The notes under the pieces: model-generated
The model's database searches: none
Seen by the model: only the letters and a program-made list of their open reading frames with translations
Told to the model about the DNA's origin: nothing
Part shown: positions 31,964 to 32,000 of the stretch, piece by piece
Position numbering within the stretch: position 1 is the first letter of the stretch
How the letters are laid out: each line of letters begins with the position of its first letter
NCBI GenBank assembly: GCA_052043475.1
Contig: JBQGBW010000022.1
Location: 1 to 32,000 of the forward strand
Source of the DNA: Magnetococcales bacterium HHB-1
GTDB lineage: Bacteria; Pseudomonadota; Magnetococcia; Magnetococcales; JBQGBW01
DNA: 32,000 bases
Direction of reading: 5' to 3'
Program-made: the position numbers and the translations under genes

Positions 31964-32000
31964 AAAAAACTCACCACTCCGGCTAACCGATAATGCCCTG

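Noticed and set aside
31983-32000. Possible 3' end of secE (minus strand, ...QGIIG*, stop at 31983-31985), expected by secE-nusG synteny.
   Set aside because: Only five codons are visible. Synteny alone supports the call and the sequence cannot confirm it.

Overview
About 30 kb of this 32-kb window is the conserved bacterial ribosomal/transcription super-cluster, entirely on the minus strand and apparently intact. The order is (secE tail)-nusG-rplK-rplA-rplJ-rplL-rpoB-rpoC-rpsL-rpsG-fusA-tuf-rpsJ-rplC-rplD-rplW-rplB-rpsS-rplV-rpsC-rplP-rpmC-rpsQ-rplN-rplX-rplE-rpsN-rpsH-rplF-rplR-rpsE-rpmD-rplO-secY-rpmJ-rpsM-rpsK-rpsD-rpoA-rplQ. Two genes under the ORF-track size cutoff were found by hand: rpmD (6825..7001) and rpmJ (4673..4789). 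Several track ORFs are over-extended from TTG or upstream codons, and I re-set the starts of rpoA, rpsL, rplA, rplJ, rplO and two cassette genes using Shine-Dalgarno spacing. Protein similarity to E. coli orthologues points to a proteobacterium, with a mixed gene order; I cannot name the species. No tRNA, rRNA, CRISPR array, transposase or integrase was seen. The only accessory DNA is the left ~1.7 kb, downstream of the rplQ terminator. It holds a compact three-gene minus-strand cassette: an 82-aa Cys/His-rich HicA-like protein overlapping a 160-aa two-domain HTH protein, then a lone HigA/XRE-type antitoxin-like gene. A near-consensus promoter embedded in a perfect 14-bp palindrome sits upstream of the cassette. 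This is my best candidate for an undescribed system (a non-canonical toxin-antitoxin-like module), but the call rests on motif-level recollection, not on a search. The second unusual feature is a 435-bp AT-rich spacer that separates rpsJ from rplC. It carries a terminator-like hairpin just after rpsJ and hairpins just before rplC. Other intergenic hairpins and promoters (rplL-rpoB attenuator, rpoB-rpoC palindrome, rpoC terminator plus str promoter, rplJ leader) are reported separately. Most of the window is ordinary housekeeping sequence.
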